From NCBI RefSeq assembly GCF_009914755.1, contig NC_060929.1: 64,000 bases of DNA. One strand, given 5' to 3'. Numbering within the stretch: position 1 is the stretch's first letter; every line of letters starts with the position of its first letter. A program made the position numbers and the translations under genes. The notes beneath the pieces were generated by a model. That model saw only the letters and a program-made list of their open reading frames with translations. It made no database searches and had not been told where the DNA came from. Below, one piece after another: positions 60,012 to 64,000 of this stretch. The DNA is from the human T2T-CHM13v2.0 reference genome, Homo sapiens.

Positions 60012-60860
60012 CCATCAACAAGTGGGCGAAGGATATGAACAGATAATTCTTAAAAGAAGACATTTATGCAGCCAGAAGACACATGAAAAAGTGCTCATCA
60101 TCACTGGCCATCAGAGAAATGCAAATCAAAACCACAATGAGATACCATCTCACACCAGTTAGAGTGGCGATCATTAAAAAGTCAGGGAACAACAGATGCT
60201 GGAGAGGATGTGGAGAAATAGGAACACTTTTACAGTGTTGGTGGGATTGTAAGCTATTTCAACCATTGTGGAAGTCAGTGTGGCGATTCCTCAGGGATCT
60301 AGACCTAGAAATACCATTTGACCCAGCCATCCCATTACTGGGTATATACCCAAAGGATTATAAATCATGCTGCTATAAAGACACATGCACACATATATTT
60401 ATTGCAGCACTATTCATAATAGCAAAGACTTGGAACCGAGCCAAATGTCCAACAATGATAGACTGGATTAAGAAAATGTGGTACATATACACCATGGAAT
60501 ACTATGCAGCCATAAAAAATGATGAGTTCATGTCCTTTGTAGGGACATGGATGAAACTGGAAACCATCATTCTCAGCAAACTATCACAAGGTCAAAAAAC
60601 CAAACACCGCATGTTCTCACTCATAGGTGGGAATTGAACAATGAGATCACGTGGACACAGGAAGGGGAACATCACACACGGGGGCCTGTTGTGGGGTGGG
60701 GGGAGAGGGGAGGGATAGCATTAGGAGATATACCTAATGTTAAATGACGAGTTAATGGGTGCAGCACACCAACATGGCACATGTATACATATGTAACAAA
60801 CCTGCACGTTGTGCACATGTACCCTAAAATTTGAAGTATAATAATAATTTTTTTTTTAAA
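60012..60860 (+). mobile_element. 5'-truncated L1PA4-like element (~0.85 kb)
   Basis: Intact ORF2 C-terminal 184 aa (60083..60637) + 3'UTR. TSD AAGCAGGACTC (60001-60011 / 60861-60871). Confidence 0.95.
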
Positions 60861-61310
60861 AAGCAGGACTCTAAATACAGTACAGATATTTTTTCTATGG
60901 AACAAAGCTTTTCATTACCTGGGAGATTTGGGAAATATAAGAGGAAAGGAGATAGGCTGTCTTGGCTTTAAGCGGTAAAGTAAATCTTCTGTACTTAAAA
61001 ACAAACCCAACCCAAACCAATGAAACAAAAAGACAACTCTCCAAGCATTAGCCCACTCTAGAGATGCATAGCCTGAAGAACATGGAGCAGAGTATTTGCA
61101 CATGTTATGCTGAGACATAATCGTAGTGTTTGTTACACAACTTATAAACAACCCTGAAACTTACCTTTAAAAAGTTAAACCTCCACAATTTACAAGTAAA
61201 TCTCCTAAGTCCAGTGCAACAAAATAAATAAATACTTTGTGTAGTTGGTTTATTTACTGTGCTTCTTCAAAAGTTATAGGTATGTCCCACAGAGGCTAGA
61301 AAGCATGAAT

Positions 61311-64000
61311 TTTTTTTAATAATTTCAACTTTCATTTTAGATTCAGGGATACACACGCAGGTTTGTTACATGAGTATGTTGCATGATGCTGAGGTTTGGA
61401 GTACGAATGATCCGTCACCCAGGTAGTAAGAGTAATACCCAATAGGTAGTTTTTCAGCCCTTTGTCTTTTCTCTCTCCTCATCTACTAGTCCCTCAGTGT
61501 CTTTTGTTCCCATCTTCATATTCATGTGTATCCAGTGCTCAGCTCCCACTTATTAGTGAAAATGTGCAGTATTTGGTTTTCTGTTCCTGTGTTAACTTAA
61601 GATAATGGCCTTCAGTTATATTCATGTTGCTGCAGAGGACATGATTTTGTTAGTTTTTTATGGCTTTGTAGTGTTCTATGGTATATATGTACCACATTTT
61701 CTTTCTCCAATCCATCATTGACAGATACCTAGGTTGATTTTTGTGTCTTAGTGTTGTATATTGCAATGAATATACAAGTGCCTATGTCATTTTGATAGAA
61801 CAATTTATTTCCCTTTGGGTATATACCCAGTAATGGGATTGCTCGGTCAGTTAGTAATTGCGTTGTCAGTTCTTTGAGACATCTCCAAATAATGGCTGAA
61901 CTAATTTACATTCCCACCAGCGGTGTATAAGTGTTCCTTTACTCCACAGTCTCACCAACATATGTTGTTTCTTGACTTTTTAATAATAGTCATTCTGACT
62001 GATGTGAGATAGTATCTCATTGTGATTTTGATTTGTGGTGTGCAGCATTTTTCATGTTTTTTGGCCATGTGTATGCCTTCTTTTGAGAAGTGTCCTTTTA
62101 TTTCTTTTGCCCACTTTTTAATGGGGTTGTTTTTTGCTTGTTGAATTAAGTTCCTTATAGATAACATATCTTTGTCAGATATTAGACCTTTGTTGGGTGC
62201 ATAGTTTGATAATATTTTCTTCCATTTTGTAGACTGTTTATCCTGTTGATAGTTTCTTTTGCTGTGCAGAACCTCTTTAGTTTAAGGAGGTCCCTCTTGT
62301 CAATTTTGGTTTTGATGCAATTGCTTTTGAGGACTTAGTCATAAACTCTTTCCCAAGGCCTATGTCCAGAATAGTATTTCTGAGGTTTTCATCTAGAATT
62401 CTTATAGTTTGAGGTCTTCTATTTAAATATTTAGTCCATCTTTAGTTAATTCTTAAATATAGGGAAAGGTAGGAGTCCAGTTTTATTCTTCTGCATGTGA
62501 TTAGCCAGATATCCCAGCACCATTTATTAAATAGGGAATCCTTTCCACATGCTTATTTTTGTTGACTTTGTCAAAGATTAAATAGCTATAGGTATGAGAC
62601 TATTTCTGGTTTCTCTATTCTGTTCCATTGGTCTACATGTCTATTTCTCTATGAATCCCATGCTGTTTTAGTTACTGTAGCCTTAAAGTACACTTTGAAG
62701 CTGAGTAATGTGATAGCTCTGGAGTTTTTCTTTTTGCTTAGGATTGCTTTGGGCTCTTTTTTGGTTCCATATGAATTTTAGAATTTTTTTTTTCTAATTC
62801 TGTGAAAAAATAACATTGGTAGTTTTTAGATTACATTGGGCAGTAAGACCATTTTAACAATATTGATTCTTTCATTGATTGATTCCATGAGCATGGAATG
62901 TTTTCCCATTTGTTGTGTCAACTATGATTTGTTTCAGTTGTGTTTTATAGTTCTCCTTGTAGAGATCTTCTTCTTCCTTGGTTAGATGTATTCCTAGTTA
63001 TTTCATTTTTTGTGTGGGGTTGCTTTCTTGATTTGGCTCTCAGCATGAATATTACTCGTGTATAGAAATGCTATTGATTTTTGTACAATGATTTTATTTA
63101 TCTTTATTGAAGTCATTTCAGTCCTAGGAGCCTTTTGGTAGAGTCTTTAGGGTTTTCTAGCTATAGAATCATATTGTTGGACTGGGTGTGGTGGCTTACA
63201 CCTGTAATCCCAATGTTTTGGGAGGCCAAGGCTGGAGGATCACTTGAGCCCAGGAGTCTGAGACAAGCCTGGACAACATAGTGAAACCCTGTCTCTACCA
63301 AAAGAAAAAAAAAATTAATAGCCAGATGTGGTAGTGATGCATGTCTACAGTCCCAGCTGCTTGGGATGCTAAGGCATGAGGATGGCTTGAGCCCAGGAAT
63401 TTGAGGTTGCAGTTAGCTATGATCACACCACTGCTCTCTAGCCTGGTGGCAGAGCAGGACCCTATCTTTCTCTCTCTCATATACACACATACACACACAC
63501 ATACACAGAATCATATTGTTAACCAAGAGAGATAATTTGACTTCTTTTCTTTTTATTTATTTCTCTTGCCTGATTGCTGCGGCAAAGACTTCAGTACTGT
63601 GTTGAATAGAAGTGATAAAAGTAGGCATCCTTGCCTCATTCCACTTCTTGAGGGGAATGTTTCCAGCTTTTGCCCATTCAGTATGATGTTGGCTGTGTGT
63701 TTGTCACAGATGGCTCTTATATTTGGGGGGTATGTTCTTTTGATGCCTAGTTTTTTGGGTTTTTTTTGAGGGTTTTTCTCATACAGGGATGTCGGATTTT
63801 ATTGAATGCTTTTTCTATATCTCTTGAGATGATCATATGGTTTTTGTTTTTCATTCTGTTTATACGATGGATCACATTTATTGATTTGCATATGTTGAAC
63901 TATCCTTGCATCCCAGGAATAAAGGCTATTTAATCATGGTAAATTAACTTTTTGATGTGCTGTGGGATTTTGTCTGCTAGTATTTTTTTGAGGATTTTTG
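61311..64000 (-). mobile_element. Older L1PA (L1PA15/16-like) 3' portion, runs off the window
   Basis: Poly-T, then TTTAGATTCAGGG...GCATGATGCTGAGGTTTGG 3'UTR, then decayed ORF2 (61952..62167). Confidence 0.85.
63179..63506 (+). mobile_element. AluJ inserted in the older L1PA, tail converted to (CT)n(CA)n
   Basis: TSD AGAATCATATTGTT (63165-63178 / 63507-63520) and CACTTGAGCCCAGGAG AluJ diagnostic. Confidence 0.92.

Noticed and set aside
60083-60637. 184-aa intact ORF as a domesticated gene
   Set aside because: It is simply the ORF2 C-terminus of a young 5'-truncated L1. An open stretch of this length is expected at low divergence.

Overview
Primate, very probably human, genomic DNA from inside the delta-sarcoglycan gene SGCD (+ strand; human chr5q33 from recall). 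Three small coding exons are present: 190-277 (88 nt), 5891-6010 (120 nt) and 58449-58521 (73 nt). They correspond to exons 5, 6 and 7 in NM_000337-style numbering as I recall it, have canonical AG/GT sites, and splice into one open frame encoding part of the extracellular domain ([14 protein letters not shown]...[14 protein letters not shown]...[24 protein letters not shown]). The rest is intron, dominated by transposable elements. These include a near full-length old L1M element (about 10990-24240) containing an AluY and a full-length but dead L1PA4-like element with an 18-bp TSD, two 5'-truncated L1PA4-like copies in direct orientation on either side of exon 7, an older L1PA at the right edge, 13 Alus, MaLR/ERV1 solo LTRs, hAT MITEs, MIRs, L2s and simple repeats. 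Nearly all ORFs in the track are L1 fragments or repeat-derived noise. I found no new gene family or CRISPR-like system. The most interesting signals are TE architectures that could act on SGCD: direct L1 repeats that could delete exon 7, a sense THE1 LTR with a DUX4 motif and splice donor, an L1 antisense promoter pointing into the gene, and a microsatellite-built 3' splice site with a distal branch point. Subfamily names come from recalled consensus diagnostics and were not checked by RepeatMasker or Dfam.
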